From assembly GCF_048593235.1 (NCBI RefSeq), contig NC_133621.1, positions 152,979,341-153,043,340 of the forward strand: 64,000 nucleotides of DNA, written 5' to 3'. The notes below the pieces were generated by a model. That model was not told where the DNA came from. It ran no database searches and was given only the letters and a program-made list of their open reading frames with translations. This document shows positions 13,301 through 27,769 of the stretch, piece by piece; position 1 is the first letter of the stretch; every line of letters begins with the position of its first letter. Origin of the DNA: Sminthopsis crassicaudata. Taxonomy: Eukaryota. Position numbers and translations under genes: made by a program.

Positions 13301-16300
13301 GCTCTATATTCTGGATACTTTAAACAAAAAGAATTTTAAACATCTAGATCTATTAGGAGAGAGAAAATAAGCAAGCATCTAATCTATATACATCCTTATG
13401 CATATACAAATATATTCATTTAAATTATAGTTTAGCATGCACAAGGTAAATCCACTAGCAGTGAGAAAACAGAGACAGTTGAAGCAAAACAAATCAGCAC
13501 ATTTGCAAATAAAAAGACTTTCACAAAATTAGAGAATTCACCAAATATCAAGAGATACACAGTTCTTATAAATATGTCAATGTAATGTTATGTCTCTTTC
13601 ACATTCTATCACCCTTATATTTATTCTAAGTAGTAATCTAGCCAATTCAGATGAATTTCAAGTAATTAGCCACACCACAATAGGAATATATAGGAAGCTC
13701 TTTAAATAAAAAACAACGACAACAAAAACCCCACCACCACAGCAACAATCAAAAATTTTATGAGACCCAAAAGCTATAATCCAGTAGCTACAAAATCAGT
13801 TTCACTTCTGACTTTTTTTTAATCTAATAGTACATGCATATAAGGATATTGAAACCAATAACAATATACTGTTTCTTAATGACTTAACATTTTGCCTTTA
13901 TTCAAATAGTTGTCTGAATTTACACATGCAGATAAAAAAAGTCACACAATGACTTATGCTTTACAACCCCTGACTCTAATATCAGTTCTATTTGTGAATT
14001 AGATAATAGGCAATATTCTCTCCTCCACTTCCCCAAAGGGAATGAAAAAATATGTTTCACTTTCAAGGTCCTAAAAAGAAATGACCTCAATAATCATTTC
14101 TTAAAATTTATTATATTTAGATAGGCATATTATAAACTCCTTTCTATTCCTGATAGACTCTTCAAATCTTTATTACCTTGGCTCCCTTTCCAAGTTTACC
14201 TAAATGTGTGAAATTCAGACATGACTACAAATGATTATGCTTAAATCTCAGAACATGTTGCATGACATAAATTATACCACCTTCATCAAGAAAAAATTGC
14301 CATGGTTTAATTCCTTAGGAAACAACCCCATTTTTCGTTAAAAAGGACTGTTTTCTTTTAACATATTCAATTTATAAATATATTCAAATATCTAGAATTA
14401 ACATTTTTTTCAAATTATATAATGTAACTGTATAAGTTTAATTTCAAAATGAGCAATATATCTTTTAATTTGATTCTCTTTATTAAAAAAAAGATTATCA
14501 ATTTGTCATATCACTTTTTCTTTGAAATGAGTTTTACTCTCTTTTCCAAAATATATTTCCTTTCATATTACTCTTATTTGATTTAAAAAAAAACAATATT
14601 TTCTTGTTGATCTCTATTGCATATCATATTGATGGAAGCAAAGATTTTAGACATAACTTGTCAGTTTTTGTTCTTCCATTTTACCTATATTTTTTCAAAT
14701 AAGGTTCTTTTATTTTTTTCCTAATATTTTCAATCTTTCAATATTGAGCTGAAGTATTAGACTTTCCTTTCATTAAGCTTTTCATCAATGGTTCATCTGC
14801 CATTCTATTGCCAAATTCTATTAAAAGTTCATGGTTACATATGCTGGTCTAAAATTGGTAATCTTTCCAACTTTTATTTCTTATATGGTTTATTCATGTT
14901 TTTCATTGTTCTGGTACTTGACATTAACACATGTTTTTGTTATACTATTTTGTTTGATTAGTTTTATAAATTATTTTATAATTTATTTATAATTTATAAT
15001 TTATAAATTTATAAATTAGATATTCACTAGCAGATTTGAACTACCATGTTATAGAAAAAGATAGGTTTAAATCATGAGAAAAGTGAAATCATATTATCCT
15101 ATTCCTAAGACAGTACACCTATTTCTATTATATGTGAAGAACACACATATTAAAATTACTTTTATGTATATGTTATTGTTATAACCTTACGGTTTAGTTT
15201 AACTACCAAATATTCTCACATGCTTACATATTTTGAAGCCATAAAAAGTATTTCTTTTTTAAAAAAGAAAAAAAATTCCCAGAATTCTATCCAAAATTCT
15301 ATTTATTATACTGTGATTGGATCAAATTTATTGCTTTTGTTTAATATTTCAGTTCATTTTGCTGTGAGTGTGCCTGTCCTTTTACACATTTTAAAGGCAA
15401 TTCCCATCACAGAGAACCAATCTCTGTCTAATTCATCACTTTTGGGGAAAACTCTTATTGCTCTGAATCCAAAGTTCACAAATCTAATCTGCTGGATGAA
15501 AACCTATGATATTATTACTGCTTAGTAAATATTTCATAAGTATTATTAATTTTAGGTAGTTTAAAGAGGTTTTCATTAAATGTAAGCTTTTTTTCATTAA
15601 ATTTAAGCTTTTATGATATTCCCACACATTTTATCTGAAGTAATTCCAAAATAAGGAATTATTCTATGAATAATACTACTCTTTAGTACAAATGTGATTT
15701 CAAAAAATTAATACTGATCTCAAAAGTATGGACATTTTGCATGTTAATTTTTTTCACAGATAATATTTAGAACTAGTATATGTTCTACTCTAAATTTTTT
15801 TTCTCTAATATTTGAAGCCTAACAGGTTGTTAAACTGTTTCTTCCACAAGTAGGTCATAGATACATGCATATATATTTAATTTCACAATAAAAGTAAATT
15901 AGGTCTTTATTTCAAAGTTACAAAATTCTATGCATAATTAAAATTAAAGTTCTTGCATCATTATTTTGCAAAAATAAGACAAAATCTAAAAAGCTTAGTA
16001 ATCATAAAATAGATAATGATGAATGTGAAACTGAATGAGAATTTGTCAATGCTATAAAACACGATAAAAGTTTCATTTGAAAATGTAACAGTTTTCTACT
16101 TTACACTTGATTACAAATTTAATAACATACATGAAAAACTTAAAATTTTGAGTTTTTTGACATTGCATACTTATTTTCAAGTGAACTAAGGAATTAAAAC
16201 AATTATCTGTATGATGAAACCCAAAAAGTTTATTATCTTAATATTTGAAGTAAACATAACTGATTTTGTTTTGGGCTGCCTCATGTTCCCTGAATAAATA

Positions 16301-17334
16301 ATTTCTCTAGTCATGAAATCACATTAAAACCACATAGGTTTGAAATTAGATGAATAAGATAAACTTAAAAGGAATTAACTGGGTAAAATAAACAAAAAAT
16401 TTTCTCTTCCTGTTGAATTCTCACAGCTTCTGTCAGGGAATATCTGTAGCCAATATACACAAAACCAAATAGGTCCACTGGGGAGATATGGCTCCATTTA
16501 TTCAGGAGATGACCTAGCATTTTATTAAATTTTATGGTATGTTCAAAGTGTATGTGTGAAGTAATGCAAATTATTCATATATACTTTCTGTGCAATGAAA
16601 GTAAATTAAATAAATATACCATCCTTACAATCAATTACACCCAAAAGTTAGAATTTAAATAGTCTCCAACTACATGGAATACTTAGGAGGAAAAAAAAAG
16701 TGTAAATATTCCTAACTCTTCTATACCCCTTGCAAACTTAACTAGGTAAATTGGGAAATGCCTCTTATTTTTGTATGTATGGCTCATTTCCTTACATAGT
16801 TAAGATATGAGACCCATATACAATATTTTAAAACCTCTGTGATGAATGTATCTTTGAACCAGTATCAATCTTCACTTCCACAGGATGAAACAGAAAATCA
16901 ATGAGTCACACTGATAGAATAGACTCAATTACAATAGGCCAAAAGTGGAACAGTGGGGTAGCATGTACTGCAGCTCAGAAAAGAAGATATAAATAAGTTA
17001 CAAAATATCAGAATTAAGATCCATATGATTTAGAATAAAATTAGCAAGTGATAATCTGCTTGTTGATTCAATAAATTATTAATTTAATTTGGTTTCACCC
17101 ATTCCTGAAACTTTTAATTTATTCAGTTTACTTTAGCAAATGTTTATTGGAAATAAAGCATTACACTAGTCTCCAAGGAAGAGTTCAAAGCATGATCTTG
17201 TAGAATACATTACGTGCATAGATAAATTTAAAATAAAATTACACAAGAAATTTGTCCTTTCAAGAAAAAGAAGGAATGAGACATTAAGTGGAGTAAAACA
17301 AAAGATATGTTTTTGTGTCTCCTATTAATAGAAA

Positions 17335-17778
17335 GAGACAGCTAGCTGGAGAAATAGATAAAGCTCTGAGATTTAAGTTAGAAAGACTGAGTTCTAATAT
17401 AAGTTTCAGATGCATACTACTATGTGATTCTGGGCAAGTCACTTCACCTATTTGCCTCAGTTCCTCATCTGTAAAAGGCCAAAGTCTCTCATTGCATCCA
17501 GGGCCATCTCCAGTCATCCTTATCTATATTTAGCCACTAGACCCAGATGACTGTAGAGAATGAAGTCAGGCAGGTGACCTTACACAGACCTCCCTCACTT
17601 AAGTCAAAGTCACTTGCATGTCATAGAATCACCTGCCTGATATCTAGGCCCTCTTTCAGAAGGAAGGACAAACAACAACATTTGTAAAATGAGCTGAAGA
17701 AAGAAACCACTTAAGCATCACTGCCAGGAATACCCTAAATGACATCATGAAGGATCAGACTAAACAACAACAACAAAT
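17335..17778 (+). mobile_element. MAR1 SINE interrupted by a WALLSI4/RTE-tail fragment
   Basis: MAR1 head and CORE to 17476; MAR1 tail (gagctgaagaaagaaaccac...aaacaacaacaac) resumes at 17690. Confidence 0.8.
17477..17678 (+). mobile_element. 5'-truncated WALLSI4-like SINE with 11-bp TSD
   Basis: cattgcatccagggccatctccagtc...ccctcacttaagtcaaagtcacttgcatgtcat...ggacaaacaacaa, flanked by catctgtaaaa (17466-17476) and catttgtaaaa (17679-17689). Confidence 0.8.
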
Positions 17779-19628
17779 ATTAATAGGGGATAATAGCGCC
17801 TTTACTGGAAATCTTCTGATTTAAGATTTTGAATTTAAAAAATTGAGCATAGATACTCGATTCTGAATGTTCTAATGTTCTATGTGAGAAAACAATATAT
17901 GAAATTCAAATAAATGATATATGTCTTTATACACACATGTTATTTATTTTCCCTTTCCATTTCACTACATGCTAACATTTTCAAAGACTTTATAATTCCC
18001 GGGTCAATGATACATTATCCCCTCTTTTGTGTTGGACAGTATTTCTCTGCTTCTTCAGTCATACTCTAGTTATTGAATTATGTACTATATTAATCTTTGC
18101 ATATATCAGTTTTAAGATTTTATTAAGTTAACAGACCAAAAGAACAGAGAACATTACAAAATCCTATATTCAAAAGTATCAAATTATAACTGACTAGACA
18201 TTCTCCTTCTTTAAAATAATAATCAAATAACAGTGTTACCTCAAATTTTTATATTGCTTTTGAATTTCTATTTTCTTTTACACAAATGAAGCATAACTTA
18301 ACACATAGGTATATAACTGCCTTGTTTTGATTCAACAAAGCATTATCTACAAGCAAAGCATTCTTCCTTTGATTCAGGAATTACATATCCCACAGGCATG
18401 CTTGCAAGCAATCTCAGTATATTAAAACTTCATTATGTCCCCAGTGTTTGGATTTGCAGAGACTAAGTCAGCTTCTTGTGCTAAATAGGGCCTACTCAGT
18501 ATAGTACTTTCTACAGGAAATAATATGTTGCATATTTTTAAAATTAAGAAATAAGTATATCAATATATAGAAGTATGACTGCTGTATTAATGCTCAACAC
18601 ATTAAATTCTTGCCATAATTTTAAGTAATTTAAAAATTTTAATTTTGGTTATGGTGTTACAAGGAGAGACTGAGCTGGGTAAATCAGTTATCTATGGAAT
18701 TCTAAGTTACAATAGAAATAAAGTCAATCAGGTATTTACACTGGCCCCAGCAGTAATATGATGAAACCCTAATAGCAGAGGGTCCTCAGGCTACTTGAAA
18801 AGGGTTAATTGATGGCAAGTTAAAAAAAAAAGAGAGAAAAAAAGGAAAGTGGTTTAAAGCTTCATTGCTGATCAATATTCAGATGGAATCATTGAGACAC
18901 CAATCTAATTCCAACTCTATCTCAAAAAAAAAAAAGACAAAACAAATTATGACAACTTTTATGTTACTAATAAAATTACTATTTCTCTAAAAATGAAGTT
19001 TTCCAACATTTTTGTTAGTTGAGATCTTTTGGAGGTGTTTTGGTTTTTAATTTATTTGTTTTAGGGAATAAATCAATTGCATCTGATTGGTTCTTTACCT
19101 CTTGTCATACACAGGGAAATGGTAGTGAGACCTCTTTTGTCCATGGAGTATTTCCAAAATGGAAAATTCTAGCATAAATGTTTGCAGATATTTAAGACAG
19201 CAGAAAAGAGGCATTACAGGAGGCACCAAAAAAGTTTACTGGTCTACAATATGGTTTGATCAATACTTTAAATGATTTTTACAATTGGTACAATTGGGTT
19301 GGTAGCCTTTATGAATTCTGCCAGTTTTGTTTTAGCTATAATGAATTTTTTTTTAAACTTAATTAAAACTGATCTTTCTACCATTTTAAATTGAAGGTCT
19401 TACTTCAAAATTACAGGCTATTCTTTTTTTCCTAAATATAAATTAAATATGCTTATTCATTTTCATTTTATCTTTATATATCTATAAATTATTTTTCTTA
19501 AGAGAATTTTCTTGCCTTTGTTAATTAAGGTTGCCTGAAATTCCTTTTCACTAATATTCCACAGTCAAGGTTCTATTTTCCTCCTTAACCACATATCATT
19601 GTAGTGAATGGAGGGAGGTATCTTTTTT

Positions 19629-19967
19629 CAAAATATATACAAAGATAGTTTTTTGACATTAACTCTTGCAAAACTTTGTGTTCCAAATCTTTCTCCTTCC
19701 CTTCCCTCCATCCCTTCCCAAGACATCAAGTAATGCAATATATGTTAAACATGTACATTTATTCTATACATATTTCCACATTTATCATGCTGCGCAAGGA
19801 AAATTAGATCAAAAAGGAAAAAAAATGAGAAAGAAAACAAAAAGTGAGCAAACAGCAACAAAAAAGGTGAAAAAACTATGTTGTGATCCACGTTCAGTCC
19901 CTATAGTTTTCTTTGTGGATGCAGATGGCTCTCTCCATTGTAAGTCTATTAGAATTAGCTTAAATCA
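19629..19967 (-). mobile_element. L1 3' end (or L1-tailed SINE) with 18-bp TSD
   Basis: cttgcaaaactttgtgttccaaatc...tttccacatttatcatgctgcgcaaggaaaattagatcaaaaagg; TSD gagggaggtatctttttt (19611-19628) and gagggagatatctttttt (19968-19985). Confidence 0.85.
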
Positions 19968-20849
19968 GAGGGAGATATCTTTTTTATATTTCTCTGTGGC
20001 CAATGCTTTTTTTGTAATTTTGCAATATTCATTTTAAAATCTTTTAAAGTTGTTTTTATTTACATTTTCATAGTTATGTTTACTGTGAATATTAATAGTC
20101 TTCTTTGATTCTGCTTACTTTACTTCATACGTCTTTTCCATGTTTCTCTTTATTTGTAATATTTGTCACTTCTAGTCAAATAACAAAAATTGTTTAGTTT
20201 TTTTCCTAGTAGGCATCTCCTTTGTTTCAAATATTTCTATTAAAGTAAGTATGCAGATTTTCTTTATGTGAATATTACCTAAGTAGCAAAAACTTAAAGT
20301 GGGTCTTCTTATCTCTAAACACTTCCTTTTCCAAACCATGTCCCCCCCCCCATTCCATTCTAATATATTTATTTTCTTTATTTGTAATCAGATTTTGTTA
20401 GTATGTCAACTCTAAAAGGTTCAGTGGTCTGCTTTTTTTACCTGAAATTCAAATTCCTCAATCCTATATTCAAGGTCTAGATGTACACAGGCATCATCTC
20501 ATATTTATTACTATTCCCTTCTGCATAATTCATATTCTAGTTTCATTTATCCATTTGACCTTCTTATGTACTTTATATTTTCTTCTTTATACCTTTGTTT
20601 AAATTGTTGTTTAGAATGGTATTTCCCTAATCTTCTTTCCATCTCTGTTTTTTCTTCACATATTAAATTACTAATGATTGTTGGATACATTCAAAGTCAC
20701 CTCAAAAGTCAGATATACTTTTTCTAATAAAGTATGCCACAAGGTAGCAAGTTTTCCTCTTTGAAGCTCATAGGACACTTTTTAACCTTTTTTATTCAGT
20801 CATAAAATTTGTGTGTAGGAATAAGTTATTTATATTTGTGATATATATC

Positions 20850-20975
20850 ATTAACTAGATTGTAAGCTTTCTGAGGGCAGGGACTATGTTTTATTTGAAT
20901 TTTGAATTTTCTCCACAGTGTAGCATAGTATTCTATAAATTATAAATGCTTAGTAAGTATGGTTTAAATTGAATC
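20850..20975 (+). mobile_element. L2 3' end
   Basis: actagattgtaagctttctgagggcagggactatg...cacagtgtagcatagta...aaatgcttagtaa. Confidence 0.75.
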
Positions 20976-21029
20976 ATAAGATCAATTAGTAGCTGTATAT
21001 GTGTAATTATATATATGTAATTATAAGAA

Positions 21030-21240
21030 CAGGCACTGGACCTATGGTTTCACTAGTCCTGACAAATCCCAATAAAGAAACTCCCTCCAGCCATACAAAT
21101 CTCTACCTCACACCCTCCTACTTATTTTAGAGATTTGTCTAATGTGGAGAAGGATTAAATAATTTTGCACAGGTTCACCCAGCCCACATGTGTCAGAAGA
21201 ATTTGAACTGTGGTCATTCTGGCTTAGATGCTAACCTGCC
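21030..21240 (-). mobile_element. MdoRep1/MIR3-like CORE-SINE
   Basis: cactggacctatggtttcactag...gaaactccctccagcca...aggattaaataattttgcacaggttcacccagcc; related copies at about 60750-60930 and 62285-62395. Confidence 0.55.
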
Positions 21241-21324
21241 TCTTATAATAATACTTGGCATTTAAATATCACTTTAAGCATTTTATGTAACTTAGCTCAT
21301 ATGATCTTGGAGATCAGTGCTGTA

Positions 21325-21545
21325 AGGTAGTTAGAGGGCTCAGTGGGTAGCTACTGTGTCTGAAATCAGAAAGACTCATTTTTCTGAATTCAAATACGGC
21401 TTCAGATTTTTAGTAGTTATGTGACCAGGGACAAGTCACTTAACTGTTTACTTCAGCTTCCTCATGTATAAAATGAACTGGAGAGAAAATGGCAAACCTC
21501 ATCAGTATCTCTGCCAAAAACAACACCCCCCCCCAAAAAAAAAAA
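21325..21545 (+). mobile_element. MAR1 SINE nested in an antisense MIR
   Basis: aaggtagttagagggctcagtggg...gacaagtcacttaactgtttacttcagcttcctcatgtataaaatgaactggagagaaaatggcaaacc...tatctctgccaaaaa. Confidence 0.8.
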
Positions 21546-23409
21546 ATGTGATTGATAAGAAACCACTTAACTTGTGATGTGGGTGTGATAGTATTGTTTA
21601 TGCTGTCTTAGAGATGAGAAAATTGAGACTTGTATCTCTACGAGCTGTGTAATTCTGGAAGACTGTTTGAAAAGAGCTAGCTTTGAAGCCAGGAAAAACA
21701 AGGTTTAAGTCTCACTTATTATACATACTGAGCAAGTGTTGCTGGCACTCCTTTTTCTTTCTGGGACACACGTGATATATTTTTTTAAGTTAGTCCATAA
21801 GTATTTAATTATGCACTTTCTGTGTGTTACGCACTGTGCTAATTAGTGCCCCTGCTCTCATTGATCTAATGGTCACTAGGAGAAGAAAATATATAACCAT
21901 AATATATAAATGATAAATTTGAGATAAATAACTAGAGAAGACAGAAGCCTTCTTGGATTAGTTATGTCTACTTGTAGAAGATCACATCTCTGAGATGATG
22001 TAGGGATAATATTGTGTATATATATACAAAGGAATGAATGCATCAAAATGTCTTTTAAATTCATCATATATCAAAAACATTAATTTTGCATAAATAAAAT
22101 TTTGAAACTCATAAAAAGGAGTTTACTACACAAATATTCCTAAAAAAGATCCCGATAAGGAAAGGAGTTTTATTTGTTAGTTTATATAGTTTTACAGCCA
22201 TGAACCCTTTATAGAAATAGATTCTTTAAGATGGATGTTATTTTAAAGGCATTTTGACTTTCATTGCTTTGATGGTAGCAGAAATTAGTTTCAAAGTCAT
22301 CATTTACTATATACTGATGTTTAAGTGTAGTTTTAAGATGTGTACTGTTTATAAATATTTAATTGGTGCATGACATATGTAGAACACATTTTACTCCATC
22401 TCATACACAATTTGCTTCAAATGTACTATAAGAATGAAAATAAGGTTATTAATATATTTAAGCACAATTTACTGAGCTTCAAAATCAAATATTTGAATGC
22501 TTATAAAACTGTTAGTTTTAGTCTTTAACCATTAAAGATAGAGCACATGCTAATAAGATTCTAGAGTTGAAAGGTCATTAAAGCAAATATGATTCAATAT
22601 TCAAATACTTAGGTTCATGAGATAGATAAATTATAATGAAATATATGTTGGATTACATATTTTCGTGTCATATAAGGTATTACAAAAGTCTTCTATATAT
22701 TAAAGCTAAAAACCTCTAAAACTTGCATGACAATTTATATATGTATGTAAAAGTACACATGTGTACACATATTTAAATTATTGATCCTCTTACCTAAATA
22801 CTATGTATGGAAAAACATGATTTTTCTCATATCTTTATACTTAAGCATATCTGTTATAATGTATATATACATATATATATATATATAATTATTTATAGCT
22901 AAATGTTCTATATACTTCTTACATATGGAAAGAACATTTATGAAGCCTTTGGCTTTTCATTTCATCAACTAGTCAAAAGAAATAGTTATTGGAAATATCA
23001 ATATTATCAATATTTTTTCCCTGGAGGAATATTTGATGCAATCCATTCTTTCGACTTTCTTTACTAAATGATCCTATAATCTTATTTTTCCCACCAAGAT
23101 TTAGAATTTTTCTCTTGGAATCTCAAAATTATTAACATTATCACCATATAATATTACATACTCTTGAGAACTTCAGCTTTAGAAGTAACATGGCAACTGA
23201 AAATTTTATCTCATTGAGAATTTTCTTATATATAAAATGTGGTCAACTGAACCCATATTTTGCAGGGAGTTTTGAGTATCAAATGAGATTTTGTGAAACA
23301 CTATATAAATATCAATTATTATCTCATTATTATCTTCTTTTGCAGCACAATTAAGATAAAAAGGCAGGTGGACTATCAGACTAAAATACTTGCTCTTTGA
23401 TAATAAATA

Positions 23410-23530
23410 ATCTTGAAATCAGGAGGACCAAAGTTCAAATCCTGTCTCAGACAGCTGTGTGACCTGGGCAAGTTACTTAACCCTTATTGCTTCCTCCCTA
23501 CTCTCACCCCCCCAAAACAAACAAAAAATA
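23410..23530 (+). mobile_element. Short CORE-SINE (WSINE1/SINE-1-like), 5' damaged
   Basis: tgaaatcaggaggaccaaagttcaaatcctgtctcagacagctgtgtgacctgggcaagttacttaaccc followed by an A-rich tail. Confidence 0.7.
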
Positions 23531-24861
23531 AAGTTAGTAGATGTATTGGGATGTGTTTTCCTTTTGTAGTATCACTGAAAATACCTTTGAGGCAATTGCA
23601 ATAGCATGTGGCATATAATTCCACTTATTTTCAAGTAGTTTTGATCTCTTCTGATATACATTTTGTAACCTTTTAATTCCATGTAGTTAGGAGGTGTTTT
23701 TTTTTAATATTCATGTGACAAAATATATTAAAACATTTATTTTTATTTTAATGGAACAATTAGGGAATTGTTGAAAATCAGCTATCTCCATGATAATGCT
23801 TTGATAATAGTATAGTTAGTTCATTGAAATCTCGAGAATGTTTTGAGACACATTTATATTAATGAAAATTTACCTTTGTTAGCATAAAAATGAAAAGACC
23901 TCCCAATGCATATTCCTAGGCACCATATTAAGTTAGGTATCTGTTCGTAAATTTTTGGAATCTAAAATGATTAGATTGTTATCATCATTACCACCAGATA
24001 TAATAATGATGATGCCATCCTTCCCAATTTTTTTTGGATGGGATGTAAACAGAATCTTGGGATGAACTATTATATTGCTGCTATTTTCTTATATTTAAAA
24101 CTTCATGAATTATTAAACAAATGGATAAAATAGCTCCTCTTTATATCTGAATTAAAATGTAATTATTTATTGGGCTTGCTGAAAGCAGTCTTAATACAAC
24201 CCCACTAACAATCAAGCAAATAAAAATAATATTTACCTCATTCTATTTACATATTATTTGGAATTTTTATTAGACCTTTATTTTTTAAAAAAATAAATTC
24301 TTTGGAGCTTGGAGATTATACATATTTGGAATTTTATTAAAATGTTGTTTTTATATTTTTATGGATCAATGTATTGAGGAAATTCTGGTCAATTATGCAA
24401 TTAGTGACAATGGTCTTAGTATGATACAATTTTTTGGTTGAATTATCTAGGGTTTTGAGTTGTTTTTATTTTTATTTTCTGAAATGTAGAGAAATATTTT
24501 CTTTCAGTCTATGAAACATAGGATGATTCTGATATGGAATTCTAGCCATAAGGCCATATCATATTATCAATATGATACATTTTTAGAGTTTCCTATGATA
24601 TGTTATGTAGTTTACACTTGGTTTCTTGCATAATACACATTGATCACTAAGTTTTGGCTCTTTAAGAATAACTACTCAATGGAGTACTCTACTTTATGGA
24701 ATGTCTCTTTGCTGACATGCCAAAGGCAAAGATCATACAGATGCCATCCATGAAGGGTATTTTGATTGCATTCTTGGATCTAATTTATTTTGCAAGCTCC
24801 ATCCAGAGATAATATATTTCTGGTTACATTTGACAATTCCAATGACTTGTGTGTATTATCA

Positions 24862-24930
24862 GTTTTTACTAAGCATCAGTTCATGTAAGTCTCTCCAGGC
24901 CTCTCTAGAAATCATCTTGCTGAGATCATG
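24862..24930 (-). mobile_element. Short L1 3' fragment
   Basis: actaagcatcagttcatgtaagtctctccaggcctctctagaaatcatc is near-identical to the L1 segment at about 42292-42345. Confidence 0.75.
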
Positions 24931-25174
24931 TTTAAAACAATAAATGCCTATACAACACCACTGAACATATAATTTAAGAACATGGACCATATTTGGAAAG
25001 TATACTAACAAAAGCTATGAAATATTATTTAAGTGTGATTAAGTCACCCCAAGGTGATGACAATTATAGACATATTAACACTTCTGCATGAACTTAGAAA
25101 AAAAAAGATCTGAAGGACATCCTTAGAGCATATAATAAACAGTTCATAATCCTAAGGAAGTAATTTTAAAGAAA

Positions 25175-25628
25175 TAAAATTGCTAAGTGAAATGAGCAGA
25201 ATCAGGAGAACACTACACACAGCAAGATTATATGATGATCAATTCCAATGGATGTGGCTCTTTTTGATAGTGAGGTGCTTCAAGCCAATTCCAATGATCT
25301 TGTGAGGAAAAGAGCAATCTGCACTCAGAGAGAGGACTGTGAGGACTGAGTGTGGATGACAATGTGATATTTTCCCCTTTTTTGTTTGCCTGCATTTTGT
25401 TTTGTTTTTCATTTTTTTCCTTTTTGATCTGATTTTTCTTATGCAGCATGATAATTCTGGAAATATGTGTAGAAGAATTGCACATGTTTAACACATACTG
25501 GATTACTTGCCATCTAGGGAAGGGAATGTGGAAAGGGAGGGAAAAATTTGGAACACAAGGTTTTACAAGGGTGAATGCTAAAAATTATTTATACAAAATC
25601 TTTGAAAATAAAATGCTTTAATAAAAAG
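25175..25628 (+). mobile_element. L1 3' end (end of ORF2 plus 3'UTR)
   Basis: ctaagtgaaatgagcagaatcaggaga...ggattacttgccatctagggaagg...ttggaacacaaggttttacaagggtgaatgcta...aataaaatgctttaataaaaa. Confidence 0.9.
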
Positions 25629-27299
25629 ACATGATCTTCACATATAGTTTTGATTTTAAGAAGTGATGATTATTGCCTGAGTAGTGATAATAATTATACC
25701 TAAGCCTTCAGTACAAACCTGTAAATTTATCATTTCTTCTTAAACTTCTATAACATTTAACCTCTCCTGAAACTTTAGGAGGAAACTTTGGGGGAGGAGC
25801 ATGAGAGGTAGAATTATAAATCAAATTATGGTTGGCAAAATTAAAAAAAATGTATTCTAAATTTAAGAAAATTCCTAAATAACTCTAAATCACTATATGG
25901 TAGGTAAAATGATTTTATATGAGAGCTTATCATGTCTGCCTAGTAACATGTTAGATAGCTGTGGAAATATCCAGAGAGAAAATGACATTGTTTCAAAGGC
26001 AAATATAAAATCTCATCATGACATGAGCAACTAAGGCATCAGCTAGTCAAAATTCTAGGGCTCTGAGTATCTAACTTCCCTGTTTTGAATCTCTAGACAT
26101 AACACTTCTGCACTTCTTTCTTTTTGTTTATACTTTCATGACTACAGGTTGCAAGCTTTCTCTTCTACCCACAAGCCAGAAAGTCAATTTCACTATTATG
26201 AACATTGATAAGGTAGTATGGATACAAAGAGTGGGAAATGGATTGGCAATCACCTTTGTCACATACAACCCCATCTGTTATTTAGGATGGTTAGTAATTA
26301 TACTTAATAAAGCATAATTTTCTCCCTTTCCCTTACTTTTGGGAGGAACATTTTCCAGTCTACCTAGATTTATTACCTGTCTAGAAGGGAAAAAAAAGAG
26401 TTTAAAAAAACTTTGAATAGTAAGCACTCCTATGTTTGCTACTTAAGTAGGAGACAATAATGCCCAGTGATTTCTTGGGGCAAATATTTATTTTTTATTT
26501 ATATTCATCATTATTGCCTTGTGATGTCTCTTAAAACAAGCATATTACAGAACCATCTCCATTGAAGCCAGAACTAATGAGCAGTGTCTTGTTTGGATTG
26601 ATGGATGTGCTCCAGTCAGTGTTTTCACACCAAAATCCATCTTATATTTCTACAGTGATTCTATCAATACTTATTGATCTTTTAGTCACTCTGTGGAAGT
26701 GCAAAGTTATATATCTGATTTAAAATGAAAGCTGCTAATGAAGAGATATTCCTTTCTCCAATTCATCCTATTAAGTAGGTAGGTAAATTGTAACAAATAT
26801 TTGTAGGTCCAGAGAGCAAACTGCAAAAGTAGATTAACAGTGAAGTCTGTTACAACATGGGGATATAATTCAGTTTCTCATGTCTACATTTTTATAAGCT
26901 TAAATGGCTACTGCAGGAATTATTAAGTATATGATGTTAATAAAAACCCACATGTTCATAGAAAATAAGATTAAAAACACTCTTTGCAGTTAGATTTTCC
27001 TCTGCTTTCTCTGTAGGACATCAAATGAACAGAGAAATTGTGTTTGCAATTTGGACTGTATGGTCATTGTTAAGTGTTTCTTAGAGATAGATATTATAGT
27101 CCATACAAGTTTATAGCTCTCAGAAGAAAAATTACTTAACATAGATAGGAATATTATTTTTTATAACTGCTCACAAGATATGCAAGAATACAGAAAGACT
27201 TTTTAGATGAAGAATAAACTATGCCATAAAAATTCATTATGATGATAAGTTTATTAATGGAGGAATAGTGATGATAATGTTATTACAAATGTCAATGAA

Positions 27300-27425
27300 A
27301 AGTTACCTGAAGCTTGAGTTGGATGACCTGGATTGAATCTTAGACTACCTATATGAGATAATTTACTTTTAGCCTTAGTTTCTTTATCTATGAAATGATG
27401 GTATTGTATAAAATGACATTGATAA
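27300..27425 (+). mobile_element. MIR fragment
   Basis: gcttgagttggatgacctggattgaatc...ccttagtttctttatctatgaaatg. Confidence 0.6.
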
Positions 27426-27769
27426 TCTCTTTGGTCTATTATAATCAAAAGTGCAATTATTTCTAGAAGCAAGTTCTTGATATAAGGGGCAGTTCATAGC
27501 CAGGATATTTGTTATGTTCAAAGTTATATCAGTATTTCAGTAGAGTATTTTTTAAAGAACTAAACTTAGCAAAAGGGAGGGGAAAAATTAGTTTTTTAAT
27601 GGCTTTCATTATTTTCCTCTCCCTCATCAGTCTCAATATCAGCTTTTCACTAGTTTATTATTGTCCATTATCCAGGAAAACACTTTTAGTATTTGTTCTT
27701 TTTCGTGTGCATAAATTTTTTATCATCATCTAATGTACACTTTTAACTACTGATTTATCAAGTCATAAA

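Noticed and set aside
22796-22852. Minus-strand 57-nt exon-like unit with AG|gtaaga
   Set aside because: Stops in all three frames.
26148-26212. 65-nt unit after a very strong pyrimidine tract
   Set aside because: Weak donor (gtagta), frame-shifting length, no homology.
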